The notes below the pieces were generated by a model that saw only the letters and a list, made by a program, of their open reading frames with translations, did not search any database and was not told the origin of the DNA. A stretch of 63,417 nt of DNA from Selaginella moellendorffii (lineage: Eukaryota > Plantae > Lycopodiophyta): contig NW_003314303.1 of the NCBI RefSeq assembly GCF_000143415.4, forward strand, positions 559,043 to 622,459, given 5' to 3'. The translations under genes were made by a program, and so were the position numbers. Shown one piece after another: positions 38,001-50,699 of the stretch. The first letter of the stretch is position 1. Every line of letters starts with the position of its first letter.

Positions 38001-41000
38001 TGGCTGTATGCTTGGGAGTTTGGCACCGTTCGTTCGTTCAGTGGCCCAAGGCCCTGAACCTCAGGTTCCTATGGACACATGGCAGGTGACACGTGGCATC
38101 TGTCACGTGGCACAAAGAGGGTTTAGGTTCCGCTTTGTGGTGTTATCCTATGGTAGATCACCATAGGATAAAGGGTCAAAACCACGTGCGCGACATTTGG
38201 TATCAGAGGATGAGTATCAGCGAGTACTATCCAATGAGATTGGGCAACTAGTCTCATTGCATACGCAGAGATGAAAATGATGATCCGAGTGGGTACATGT
38301 TTTGGTGGAAAGACTTCACATTGGTTCCTTGGGATAGGTTTTGGGTTACCTTGTTGTACCTTATGATGTGAGCTTGCGCTTGGGCTCATAGGATGGTTTG
38401 GAGATGTTCCGTTTGCACGAGTTTGAGCTTGGGCTCGTGAGTGAGGCGCATTAGCAACTCGAGGTTACACTTTGAGTTGGCAGGATTAATGTAAGCCTAT
38501 CGATGGTTCCAGTGGTTCCGTAAGTTGTTCCATGTACCATGGGTGAAAGCAAACCTCCCTAGATTTGCTATGAGTGGCAAATAGACTGGTCCGTAGCTGT
38601 TTAGCACGGCACTAGTGGATCCTTCCTAGGCATGATTATAAGTGGATCAATCAAGACTGTAGGGAATAGTCTATTGGTTCAAGTAATCATTGCCGTGCTC
38701 TCTCATAAACTTTTCTTCGATTGAACTGAAAGTAGTGCGAAAGCAAGCTTGAGGTTTAGTCAAAGATGAGACCGAAAAGAGAGTCATCGGGGACGGAGGA
38801 TCAAATACGTAAATCATTTTCTCTTCTTGGAGAAATGATTTGCAACGAGGTGTTAACTCATTACTTGTGTTCACATTATGCAATCAAGAGTCCCTACCTT
38901 GATGCATGTTGGAAGTGATGGTCTTACAAGTGGTGAGTTATGGGATGGATAGTGGTGAAACACTAAACCATTTTGTCTAGGCTCGCTATTGGAAGACTTG
39001 GGTTGCAATGCTCAATTCTTTTCCGGGGAACCTTGCTATTGCTCCTTGAGTAGCTTGGTGTTGGATTAGTGTTGAGTTTGGTTAGAAAAAGAGTGGCATG
39101 AGCTTGTCCGTGTTGTGAACAAAAGTTAGTGGTGTTGGGTGTCGTAAACCTCTATTGGTGGAGTGTGGCATTTATGTTGCATTTTGTCAAATCGAATTGG
39201 CATTTGATATTCACATAAACCTTTAAAATAATGACATGGGCATTGCTTATAGTGTTGCTTGATTGACGATCAAGTCATTGTGATTTATATCATATCCATG
39301 TGATAATGAGTAATGTGTTTACAAAGTTGCTTGGATAAACGATGATCAACCCCCAAAGTGGTTGAGGGAGAAGCTAGTCTACTTGCACGAAGTAGCATTG
39401 TAGTAGCTTTGACTAGATTCTCAATGGTGGTCTATTATGCTAAGCTTAAGTTGGTACCTCGTTTCCTTAAGTTTGCCCACTAAGGTGTTGGAAAAGGGTT
39501 ATAGCATTCATTTGCTATAGCTTGTCAGTTGATCCGTTAGCACTTGGAATAGATTGTTGGATGGAGAAGATGTGAAGTTGGGGCATTGACGTCACTAGCA
39601 CTTGTGTTAGTGGAAGTGGCATTGTTATTTCAAGTGATGAGGAATTTTCCTTGGACCTTGATTTTTTTCCATGTCATTTTTCTTGTTAGTGTTTTGGCTT
39701 CACATTGGATCTTGAAGGTGATTGAAGAAGAGTGTTAGTGCAATATGGATATCCGAAGATGTGGTCTCCTTCTCCAATGGCTGATCTGTTGGTCACTTTG
39801 CTGAAAACCATTCCATTTTCGTAAGCCAGTACAAACTAGTGAAGGGGTTGGAGTTGACTTCAGTTAGCTTAGACCCTGATAGGTAGTTTATATGATACGG
39901 CCCGAAAGGGATGCTGACTTTTGGGGCTAAAACAATTGAGTTGGATAGAGTTTAGAGTTGATATAGAAAAGTGGCCGTTGCACTTTTCTCAGAAAGGTGA
40001 CCCTTGTACCTTTCTTTTGTAGCGTTGTCCTTGGTGGCAGGTTGCACCTTGCATTACGTTAGACTCTATGAGAGTAGTGAGCTCTCACTGATCTTGACTT
40101 GGTCTTGGTGGCCCTACGCCTTGGCTGAGGATGGTGATGTCCAATTTAGTTGTTTGAGGTTGCGATGTTGGTACCCGTACTGTAGCTTTGTCTATAAGGA
40201 GGTTGTGTACTAATATGAGTCCATCTCATGGTCTTCACTTTAGTTTCGACTGAGTGTTGATCATGCATAGCTAGCCTCTTCAAGGCATGCTCAGAGCTAA
40301 GTGGCTAAATGTTTTAGTGAGTTTATTGCGGTTGAGTTAGATTCGAGTGGTCATCTAGTTCGTGCTTGTCCATGAACCTTTATCTTGTATTTGAGGTATT
40401 ACGTTCATATTGGATGAGTATATGAGTCGATGATATGAGTTTAGTGTTTGGGTCTTGTGAAGGCAAGTTGAAAAGTGATTGTTAGTTGCTTGGCAATTAG
40501 TGATTGCTTGTAGACTTTGTCAAGGACTTTTGACACTTGCTTTGCTCGATGATGATTTAGCGGTGATGGGCTTGCTTTACCAGATGGTGTTGCGGAGGAT
40601 CGTGTCATTAAGCTGGCATGGTTTTTTTTCCATGTTGGCATATCAATTCCTTTGTCGATATCATTTGGTTACGTTTGGTCTATAGTGTTGGATTTCATTG
40701 AGTCTTGGATGTGGTGATTCACTCCTTGATGATGTGTTATCTGAGTTTTGCTGAAGGATTGGTCTCAGATACTAAGTATAGTATTTTTGACTTTAGTTAG
40801 CTTGGTTGTTGGAAAGCTCCAAGTGGTGATTCACTCTTGCTTTCTTCTAGCTTTGTCCTGGTGTTGATGGCATTGAAGTGATGCCTTGTCGTTGACATTA
40901 TTGAGGTTGAGATTCAAAGTGAAATGAGATGTCTCTCCTTAAGATTGATATTGAGTTTCATTAATCTTAATGAAGATAGTGTTGATGATTTGGCTATGGC

Positions 41001-44000
41001 TTTATGTTATTGGCATTCGAACATTTGCTAGTTAGCAACTATGTTGACGTTCAAATGAACTGAGTGGCAAGTTTGAGTTAGTTGTGTTCTAAACGAGATT
41101 ATTTAGTAGGGGTTGAGCTTTGAGCTTTTCTTTGAAAAGTGATTTAGTCATGGACTATGCTAACTCTACAAGTGGGAGAGTTAGTGATCGATGTTGGAAT
41201 ATTTTGAATCCTTATGGGATTATAAGGACATATATCAATCATTGATGATTCTTCTTGTGCTTGTTATGATGTGAGTTACGTCTTGCTATAGATGGATTCA
41301 TGGAGGATCGTTTGGTGATCACTTGTTGAGCATAACTTTGCTATGCTTAGCTTTTGGATTGATGCAAAAATGCTTTTCATTAGCTTTGGCATTATGGAGT
41401 TTAGCTTATGGATGTGTTGAGGAAGATGTTGTGGGTTGCATCACGATTTCTTCTTTAGCATTGAAGTTAGCTTCTGTGAGACTTGTGATCATTAATAGGC
41501 AAGACTTGGCTATAGGCTTCTTCAAGCTTTTGGTTCTTTGAGTTTTATGCTCATTGTTCCATTTGTTAGAAGTTGTTGGGGAAGGCATTTTGGCTTCTAA
41601 CTTCGATGTTGAAGTTAGTATTTGCATCTAGCCATCATTGGTGATGATTGACTATCATCTAGGATAATTGATTATCCTTGTCAAAAAGTTTTGCTTGATT
41701 ATTGTTAGTATAGAATGGTTTGCCGTTCTTTGGGATGGTGGATTCCTTCTTAGACGATGATTATGCATCTCTTTATTGATGGGATGATTGATGATTTTTT
41801 ATGATGGTTAGTTGTTCTCTTTGATGGCTTATGGCTTTTCGCAATACCACATGTTCTTTGTGGTTTGCTTTGGATTGGTCTCTTGGGTTTGAGACATCAG
41901 TAGGATGTTGCTAACACTTACTTGAGCAACTCTGGTTTCTTGGTATTGTTGATTGAGATCTATTCAGATTTGCTAGTGCAATAGTTGATATGAACAAGTG
42001 TTTGTTTGCTTTGCAAAATTCATTTTGATCTGTTGATTATTGCTTGAGTTAGTTCTAATAGATTCGGATGTTATGGCCTTCGGGTGCAACATTCACGAGC
42101 ATTGTGCTTGTTACTTAATAATACTTTATGTTCTTTGGGTTGTGTTTTGTGAGTTGTTTGGCATACTATCTGCCATTTTCGATAGTTAAGTTTCATCATT
42201 GAGTTTCCTTGATGATCTACTTGCTATTGAATTTTGTTGGATGGTGATTCCTATGTTTACCAATTATGATGATCTTGGTGGTTCCTATCTACAATACTAC
42301 TAGTTTATCGGATGATAACTTGCTTAGAATACTTTTGTGTTCTACTCTAAGATATAATCACTAGTAATTAAGCTTCTTAGATATCATTGTCTCTGACTTT
42401 GATATTGTCCATCCATTAATCTTTGAGTTTGGGCCAGTATAGGCAGACTGGCTTCGGCACTTTGTGTGCATGTTGAAATCTCTAGTCATGGGGTAGCTAC
42501 TGTCGACTGGTCACATAACCCACCTCTTTGTCGATGTTCCTTATTCCGTTGAAAGGGTGTGACCGTGTAAACAACTCTAACTGCCTGTTTACAGTAGTCT
42601 ATCTAAACCTTACCGACGAGTTTGGTTTCTTTGTTTAGGAGGGTTGGGGCCTTTGGCTTCTCTCTCTATGTTCCTGCGGGCAGGGGCATATCACACTTTT
42701 GTAGCTGGGTGACCCCCAGAGCAGCAAGGGTGGCTAACTTCGTTGGTCATTTCCTTGTCGGCGACGGCCGGAAGGTGTCTGAGCTGGTAGCGCATCCTCG
42801 TTAGACAAAGAGGTTGCTCCCTAACTCATTTAAGTTGGTGCATTTCTCACATAGTGTGAGTACCGTGAACTTTTTCTGGAGTTGTTTCCTTGGCGGTATT
42901 CTAGACTGGAGTATGCATCGACGAGGACGTTGATCTTCCCCAAGGGGGGGAGAGTGTCGCGCATGTGACTTCGGGTATCGAAAGATACTTGTCGACCGGT
43001 CCTTACGGACACTCTTTCCTTACTGCCATGACGGCAAGAGGTCGGTACTGCTGGTTCCCATCATTGGCCCCTCTTGTCCAAGTGTTAGTAAACTGGGCTT
43101 AGCATCTGTACTTAGCCAGATGGACATAAGGTAGGAACTCCTATGTGTTTCTAGCTGAGCATTCTCGGCCTGGCTTTTAGTTCTCTTTTGCTCTGTCTTG
43201 CACTGGCTTGGCTAGAACCCTCGCGTATTGAGATTGGTCCCTCAATATTGCTGGATGATAGCTTACCGTGTTTGCCAAACACCCTCGCTATCATGCCCTT
43301 TGTGTTAGTCTCATTTCAGTCCCAAATGCTATTTATGGAAAGTATCCAGATTTACTCATTTGGCATATCTACGGAATGCAGAGATCGGTCTGAACACAAT
43401 GGTGTTCGTCCCATGTCCAAATTCGCAATCTAAGGACATTCCATATTTAGCAAGTTTTGAGTTTGTCCTAGAGACTAACTCCTAATACTAAGGGAGGCTT
43501 GGGGTGAAAGCCCAAAGCATGTGTTCCTCAAGGGGGGGGGGCTATAGGGGGTTCCAAATGTATAGTAGGGATAGTGGGTAGGTCGGGCATGGCCGACCAA
43601 CCTGAGGCATAGTCTAGCTGTCTTTGTTCTGCGTCCAGCTTGGGTCTAAGCCCAAGTTCCATTCCATGCTAGTTGGTGGAGTACCTATATCCTCGCGTTA
43701 GGCCACCGGTATGCCGAAATAGCACCAGACTTCATTTGGCTCCGTTTTGCGTGCTAGTCCTGGCATTGGGATGCTGGTTGCTCCAGGACTGTTCCAAGTC
43801 ACTCCGGGCCCCTGTCCCTTTGCTCCTTGAGGTATATGCTCGAGAGTTGCTCCATGGTTCGGTTCCATCACTCCTTGGCTGTATGCTTGGGAGTTTGGCA
43901 CCGTTCGTTCATTCAGTGGCCCAAGGCCCTGAACCTCAGGTTCCTATGGACACGTGGCATGGACACGTGGCAGGACACGTGGCATCTGTCACGTGGCACA

Positions 44001-47000
44001 AAGAGGGTTTAGGTTCCGCTTTGTGGTGTTATCCTATGGTAGATCACCATAGGATAAAGGGTCAAAACCACGTGCGCGACACAAAATGTGCCATGCTAAA
44101 GTCGTGGGAAGGGTGTTCCCAAAAGAAAACAACTTTGAAACAAAGTTGTGTGTGACCTCTATGGTGCAGTGCTAACGGATGGTTGGCATGAGAAAGAGTG
44201 GTATTGGTCTTGGCAAAGACCTAGACACAAAAAAGAAGTGTCATAGAGGTAGGCTTGTGGAGTCGATGGTGTGGAGACACCAAATGTGCCAAGGTGTGAT
44301 ACCTTGAGGCTATGTTGGTGGGTTCATGAGAACCCCTTGCCAAAGGAATCCCAACGGAAATGGGAATGGCATAGCCTAAGTTGCAGAGCATGCAGTTGCA
44401 GTGTGGTGACCTAGATAATGATGGAGGTGTGGAAGCACCAGCAATGAGTTGTAGGACTTGACAACTATGAGGGAACTAAGCAAGGGGTGCAAAATAATTG
44501 GTTAAACGGGTAGAAGGTAGCTACCCAAGCCTTCTTAATGGCATAAGGAAATTGGATATACCCTTACGGGGGATAAGTTGCTTATGTTGCGACATAATAA
44601 GTCAATGTTATGAAAGGAAATACTCATTGTCAAGGAAGTTGTCATTGGGACACCCGAACACTCTAGAACACCAGGAGGTGGTGTTGGATGTCGCGAGGGC
44701 AATAGATAAGGCCCAAGGGACTAAGTCCCTAGTGAATGATGGATAGAAGGTGCTATCCAAATGTCCAAGGTGGTGGAGACAGGAGAAGACTGTCTACTCA
44801 AATTGAACAAAGCCAAAAATGGAATTTTGGCAAAGCTAGCGATGGGCATGTAAGGGCCCATAACCAACAACGTAATCCCGGTGTGTGGGATTATAGGGTG
44901 AGCATACCTGAATTGAGGAACCACTCCCTAGGCTATCGGGTAGGTTCGTTCCTAAGAATACTTGCTAAGGCATGATAGAAAGTGCAAAGCTATCCTCCTA
45001 GTCGGGAGGAGAATGACCGAAGGAAAGGTGTGAAGCCAAAAGCAAGTAGTAAGGGGATAGAACCAAACCATAGGAATCAAAGGGCATAACCAAGGGTAGT
45101 TATGCCAGCTGGGAGTGGAGAATCAAGTGGGGGCTCGAGGGTGTTGCCGCTAGCAACCGTGATGCCATGGAGAGTCTAAAATATGGAATTGTCCATGTTA
45201 GACTATATGGTAATTGGAAAGCTTGCAAAAAGGGAGGCCTTAGCAAGCTAAGGGACAGGGTTCTTTCAAGGTTCCCAAAGATGATTCTAGGTAGCTTAGT
45301 ACCTAGAAAGGCCAAGTGTAAATGGTTCAAAGCACGCGCGAAATCAGAGTGGCGTAGCAGAAGTGTGGTCTTGAAGCTTGCCATGAGGCAAGGCTATCAA
45401 GGTTAGGGAAGTAGTTCCCGAGTGTTCAAAGAGAGGGCTTTGAACGAAAGTCGATGATCAAGGGCTTTCACGCTTGTGCGGGAATCATATTACAGTGGTC
45501 GGAGGACTTGCCAAAGCGAGATTGGCAAGTCAGGGGAACAAATACCCTAGTTGAAGGTGATAACTTCAAAAAGGGTGGGCCATGGGGCCAAGCATGGAGG
45601 AGTCCATGCATGATCACAGACTTGTCAAGTGAGAGGACTTGGCAATGTGGAGGAATTAGGTTCCTAAGCTGTGATCTATAGCGCGCTTTGAGTATAAGTT
45701 GGTGCACCGGCGTGGGGAGTCACGCCAGGCATCCTGGGTGATGCCGTCTGTAGATGCATATACGAAGGTTGGGTTCGAGGCCCGACCCTCTAGTGCTTAA
45801 GTTCGAGTCCCAACTCACTAGGGCGTGGTGATGGTTTGGAATATGAGGACACTCATTTTTTGGTGGTCATGGACTCTCAGTGTGGAGATTGGTTTGGGCA
45901 CACCGCTGAGCGAGGGATGCCTCGGAGTCATGATGCACGGTTAGATTGCTTAGAGTGAAAGCTCAGCATATCTAACTTGAACACTTTGGTGCAAAAGGCA
46001 CCAAGGACGTGGTGAATGAGATGGGGACACCCAGTCTCAGTTGCTATGGATCCTTGGCCAGAAGGGCTAGCTTGGGTGCACCGCCAAGTGTGGGGGATGC
46101 CCCCGGGGTCATAGTCAACAACTTAGTAAAGTCTGGAAGACTTAATTCCTATTGGTAGACCTATTAAAGGCTCAAGATGAGATCACTAGGTGATCTTATA
46201 GCTAAACAAGGACAAGGTCTTTGTTTGGGTTAAGGAATATGATTCCTAATTCAAAATGTTGATTTGAACTATTGATAAAGGTGTGGCTTGGTCAAGGTGA
46301 CTAAGTGGGAAGGACACCTAAGGGAAATGAACTACTACAATACAATGGTATTATGAGTTCAAGAAAATAGTCTCCAGAGACAGGCCCATGGGTGGGTCAC
46401 AAGGTTGGGCTAGGAAGAGAGCCTAGAACAGTTGGGGAGACTTACTAGGGGTGAACACCCTAGTCTGGGCAAAGCAGATCCTTTGCTATGGAACCAAAAG
46501 AATACCTCAAGGAGAGAGGTAATGATCCTATGTTGCTTGGTGCAACAATCCAAGGATAGGAGCAAAAGACGAGTGCCCATGATAGGGCCGTGAAATCCAT
46601 TGGAAAGAATCCAAGTGGCAAAGTTAGCCAAGGGACACTCATGTGTTTGATGCTAACGGATTGCGGAAAAAGAAGTAGATTTCCAAGGATGGATTCCCAA
46701 GTGCTCCAATTTGGCAAAGGAAAGGCTCCAAGTGAGGGAGCAATTAAGTAGCCAAAAGATAGGGCTATGGACAGCCCTAGCACTAATAATGATAAATGGA
46801 ACGTAATGCCAATGGTGGCACAAAAATAGAAAACAGGATGAGGGTGCCCTCGAGTAGAGAACTTCCTAGGAGGGGAAGTGGAGTTGCACAAAATGTGCAA
46901 GGCAAGGTGTTGGAGACACCTAGGAAATTGACTTCAAGAAGTCAAAAGTAAACGTCCCAAAATGCAAAAGTAGATCGATGGAATCTGTGACTACTCAAGA

Positions 47001-48900
47001 ATGAGTAGTGGAATTAAGTTAGAGAGGGTGTCTCTAACGGGTTTAGCGAGAACTGAACCAATAAAAAGGAGCAAACCACCCCAGGTGGTCAAGTGAGTCT
47101 CTAAGTTGGAGAGACTATCCTCCTTAGAGGATGGGCAAGGCATGGTGAGCCTTTGGTGTCAAACCATTGACGAACATGGAGAAGGCATGGTGAGCCTTCA
47201 ATGTCAAACCATTGACAAATATTGGCTAGGTGCCAAGGATGGAAATGGTAACACATGCTGGTGTTACTTTATAAAATGGTTTACCGTTCGATGAGGACAT
47301 CGAACTTCGTCTATGGGTGGTGGAGTTGTGAGACACAAAATCCCTAGGCCCCAAAGTGGAGCCGGAAAGGGTGCCACATGGTAGTGGCCGAAACGAAAGC
47401 CCAAACGAGTGTAACACGTTTGGACTAAAAGCTCTGACTTGGAAGGTCGAGAGCGGGAGTGGAACTCCCAACAAAGTGCTCAAGGAGCGAGCACGAAGCG
47501 AGCAATAAGCAACGCTCCAAAAAGGGACCCAAAAAGGACCAACACATGACACGTGGAAGTGTCTGAGATGGAGTCTGAGATGGAGTCCGAGGTGGACCGA
47601 GATGGAGTCCGAGATGGACCGAGATGGAGTCCGAGATGGAGTCCGAGATGGACCGAGACGGAGCCCGAGATGGAGTCCGAGATGGAGTCCGAGAAGGACC
47701 CAAGATGGAGTCCAAGGTCGAGACAGAGACCGGGACCAAGACCGAGACCGAGACCGAGACCGGGACCGGGACCGAGACCGAGACCGGGACCGAGACCGAG
47801 ACCGAGACCGGGACCGAGGCCAAGGCTGAGACCGAGCCCGAGCCCGAGTCCGAGTCCGAGTCCGAGTCCGAGTCCTAGTTCGAGTCCGAGTTTGAGTCTG
47901 AGAGGGTGAAAGCCCAAAGCGTTCGTCTCCCAGACCCTGGGGGGTTTGGTGAGCTCCAAAAGTATAGTGAGGGGGAGGACTGTAGTGGAGCCAGTTTGGC
48001 CAGAAAAGGCCAGTTTGGCCCAGGAAGGCCAGACCCAGTGTTGGGTGATGAGCTGACCACTGGGAAGTCCAAGACTAGAGTGAACATAGACTGACAAGCG
48101 GGGTAGCTTGGTGAAGTGTTCAAGAGCCGGCTCTAGTTCCCCCGGGAGATCGACTGGCCGATGCTCCCAGTCCAAGTGTGGGTGGCACTACCTACTTGGA
48201 TACCAGGTGTGGCTCAACGGAACCTCGCTCTAAGCCCATGGCTAGAGCACATAAAGGCGAAAGGCGGGGAGAGTACCCAGGTGGCTCGCATAAGGCCACG
48301 GTGTTCCGAAATGTTGTCCCAAAGGCCCAGACTGTGAAAAGGAAGAGGAGCAGTCCTCTGGGGTAGTGACCAAGGACACAGTCGTGTGGTGAGGAAGTCC
48401 CAGAGGACCGTGAGACCTAATGGTCGGGCCGGTGGGCAACTCGATTCAGTGGTAGTGTTGGTGAACACAGCCGTGGGCAGAAAGGGACTTGGTGGGGATC
48501 AGAAAAGGGATATTGGGGAAGGCTATTCCCCTTGTCGGTGGGCATCCTAAGGATGCTAAGGAGTGGATCTGGGACGACCACTCATGGATGGTTGGCCCAG
48601 TCTTGGAGAGACAAGACTATGTTGCAAGTGGTATTGGACTACCAATGCAGCAAAGGTGATTGGGCATGGCCTTAGCGTAACAGGCTGCTATGTCAGTGGT
48701 ACCTTTGAGTGTCGGTCATGGGATTGGACACGTGGAGCACTTGGACCAGGTGCAAGGGTTGAGTGGCATGGATGCCATTCTTGGGGCTAGCAAGTCCCAA
48801 GTCCTGAATTGGACTTATGGAGGTTGTGAATGAGACTCCTCCAAGTGGTCGGAGGTGTGGTTAAGTGACTAAAATAGAATAGAAAAATTAGTCGCTTACA
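34517..48900 (+). mobile_element. Non-autonomous LTR retrotransposon B (LTRs 34517-36202 and 47327-48900)
   Basis: TGTGAGAC...CGCTTACA; TSD CTTGG; PBS TGGTATCGGAG at 36206; PPT CTATGGGTGGTGGAGT identical to family A; ~4.1 kb internal region without an intact ORF. Confidence 0.95.
37062..44081 (+). mobile_element. Non-autonomous LTR retrotransposon C (LTRs 37062-38195 and 42955-44081)
   Basis: TSD CAAAA at 37057-37061 and 44082-44086; PBS TGGTATCAGAG at 38198; PPT AAGGGGGGGAGAG at 42942-42954; ~4.76 kb G/T-rich internal region with no long ORF. Confidence 0.95.
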
Positions 48901-50699
48901 CTTGGGTGATGCCGAAGGGGCCACCCCAAGAAGTGCTCAAGAGCAACTCCTGCTCCCAGAAGGGAAATCGACTACGGTGCTCCTAGCTCTTGTGGAGTGG
49001 TGCCCCACTTGAGTACCTTATGGCTCATTAGTCCTTGCCCTTCCTAGGGGCTTGGGCCTTCCCTTTGGGATGGAAGTGGGGGAGTAGGAGTACCTACACC
49101 AGGCCGTTAGGCCATGGTGTTTGCCCCTGGTATCCCGAAGCACGTGCTTCACCCAAGGCTTGGGATTTAGAGGGTCCCATGAACAAGTCTTGTTGTACCA
49201 AGGGATGCAAGGAACTTAGAGGCTTGGTGTGCTTGGTTGCTTATGTCTGTGAAGAGTGTAGCCGAACCTTAAGTCCAATCTAACTCAGGGAGGGGGATTG
49301 GGAGAGATTGGGAATTTGTGGATGGATGGCTAACGCTCCGTTGCTTGTGCAGTGAATAGCTAAAGCCAAGTAGGACCAAGTAGGAATTGGTACAATAGGC
49401 GGCAACCTTGGCGAGGGAACTTAGCTAAGCCCAAAGCAGTGTCGGTTGGTTAGACGAGGTAAGTTGGCAAATTGGAAAAGAAAAATTTATGGCTTACATT
49501 ATACCATATTGCAAGCTTGTAAGCTATGGTTTCTATGTACATACCATTATTTGCGGGGCAACTCATTATATTGTAGCTTGCGAGCTAGCTACCTCCAAAG
49601 AATCCCATGCAATATTCAACACATATGCACAGGCTATTCATCAATTTGGAAGGCCTAAGCGCATCCAGAGCAACAATGCTCCAGAGCATAATGAGGTTGA
49701 GAGGGATATGATCTGCTGTTGGGGTCCTGCAGCTAGGAGCTTCATACGTGGGACATCAATACATAACCAGGTACTCACAACGTTAGAGTTTTTCCAAATA
49801 AGGACTCATAGGACTAAATCAAATTTGTTTTGCAGTGCATAGAGCATTTGTGGAGAGAGCTCTTTGAGTGCGTGGTGTGGTTTTATAAGCACCTTTTTGA
49901 GTCCATGGAAGATATAGGAATTCTCGATGCATCTAATCCATGGCACAACCAAAGTCTATGTTGTGTCTTTGCTCCATACCTCAAGAAGGATATTTCAGAC
50001 TGGTTGCAACCTGAAACCTCCATGAGGTCCATCAGTATCGATGTGGTGATTACTTCAAACCATCTCATGTTCCTACAAACTTATTTCAACTAATGGAACA
50101 AGAGCTTGGGTAAGAATTTTGGTAATGTTACAGAATTCTTGATAAATTGTGCTTTTGTAGGATTATACCAGCTGTTGGTGGAAAAGATATTGAAGACTTT
50201 CCTGGACCATTTCTCTCCAATGTCGAAGGTGCAACTTTATCAGAGGTAATCTTTAGAGCAAGAATAGAATAATTTCTTTAAATCTATTTTGTTATGCTTG
50301 GCTACCTTACAGACTCTTAGCACTATTCGAAACTAGGCATTTTTTATGCATCGGGAGGGACTCAACTTAGATGAGCAATATCTACTTCATTTGGATCTAA
50401 TAATGGAATGTGCAATGGTTGATGTTGTGGTTGTAGATCTACCACTTTACATCGAGAGTGCCTTGCCTACAGCAACACCAATGAAGCGACGAGCTTTGAA
50501 AAAATTATACTTGGCCATACTCAAAGAAAATTGAGTGTTCTTTAGTGTACATTTCAAATTTAAATTCAATTCTTGATTTGTTCAATTTTAGGGTTCCTAT
50601 GTTCGGGATTAGGGTTTACACCAAGTCCCACCAATATTAATTGTGCCTTGGATACAGGGCAATTTCATTTTATGACATGATTTTGTCGATGGTTCGTTT

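Larger units (their letters stand above)
33946..49498 (+). mobile_element. Solo LTR of family A (~1.16 kb; 33946-34516 plus 48906-49498), split by element B
   Basis: TGTAAGGAACC...GGCTTACA; TSD TTATA at 33941-33945 and 49499-49503. Confidence 0.95.
33480..50534 (+). pseudogene. IS3-type DDE transposase with introns, split by the LTR nest (33946-49498)
   Basis: HTH LACYLRISKLTLYKYMR; GYQFSRR*IRQAL...RIYRNEEAYALCHMD; then KLVSYGFYVHTIICGATHYIV, FGRPKRIQSNNAPEH, SFIRGTSIHNQ / IEHLWRELF. These correspond to the WHxD-HKL...GxPxRVRSD...SxHNQRIERLWR family. Confidence 0.82.

Noticed and set aside
50586-50618. TAGGGTT(T) motifs, also at 33053
   Set aside because: Isolated telo-box-like promoter motifs common in plants; not telomeric arrays.
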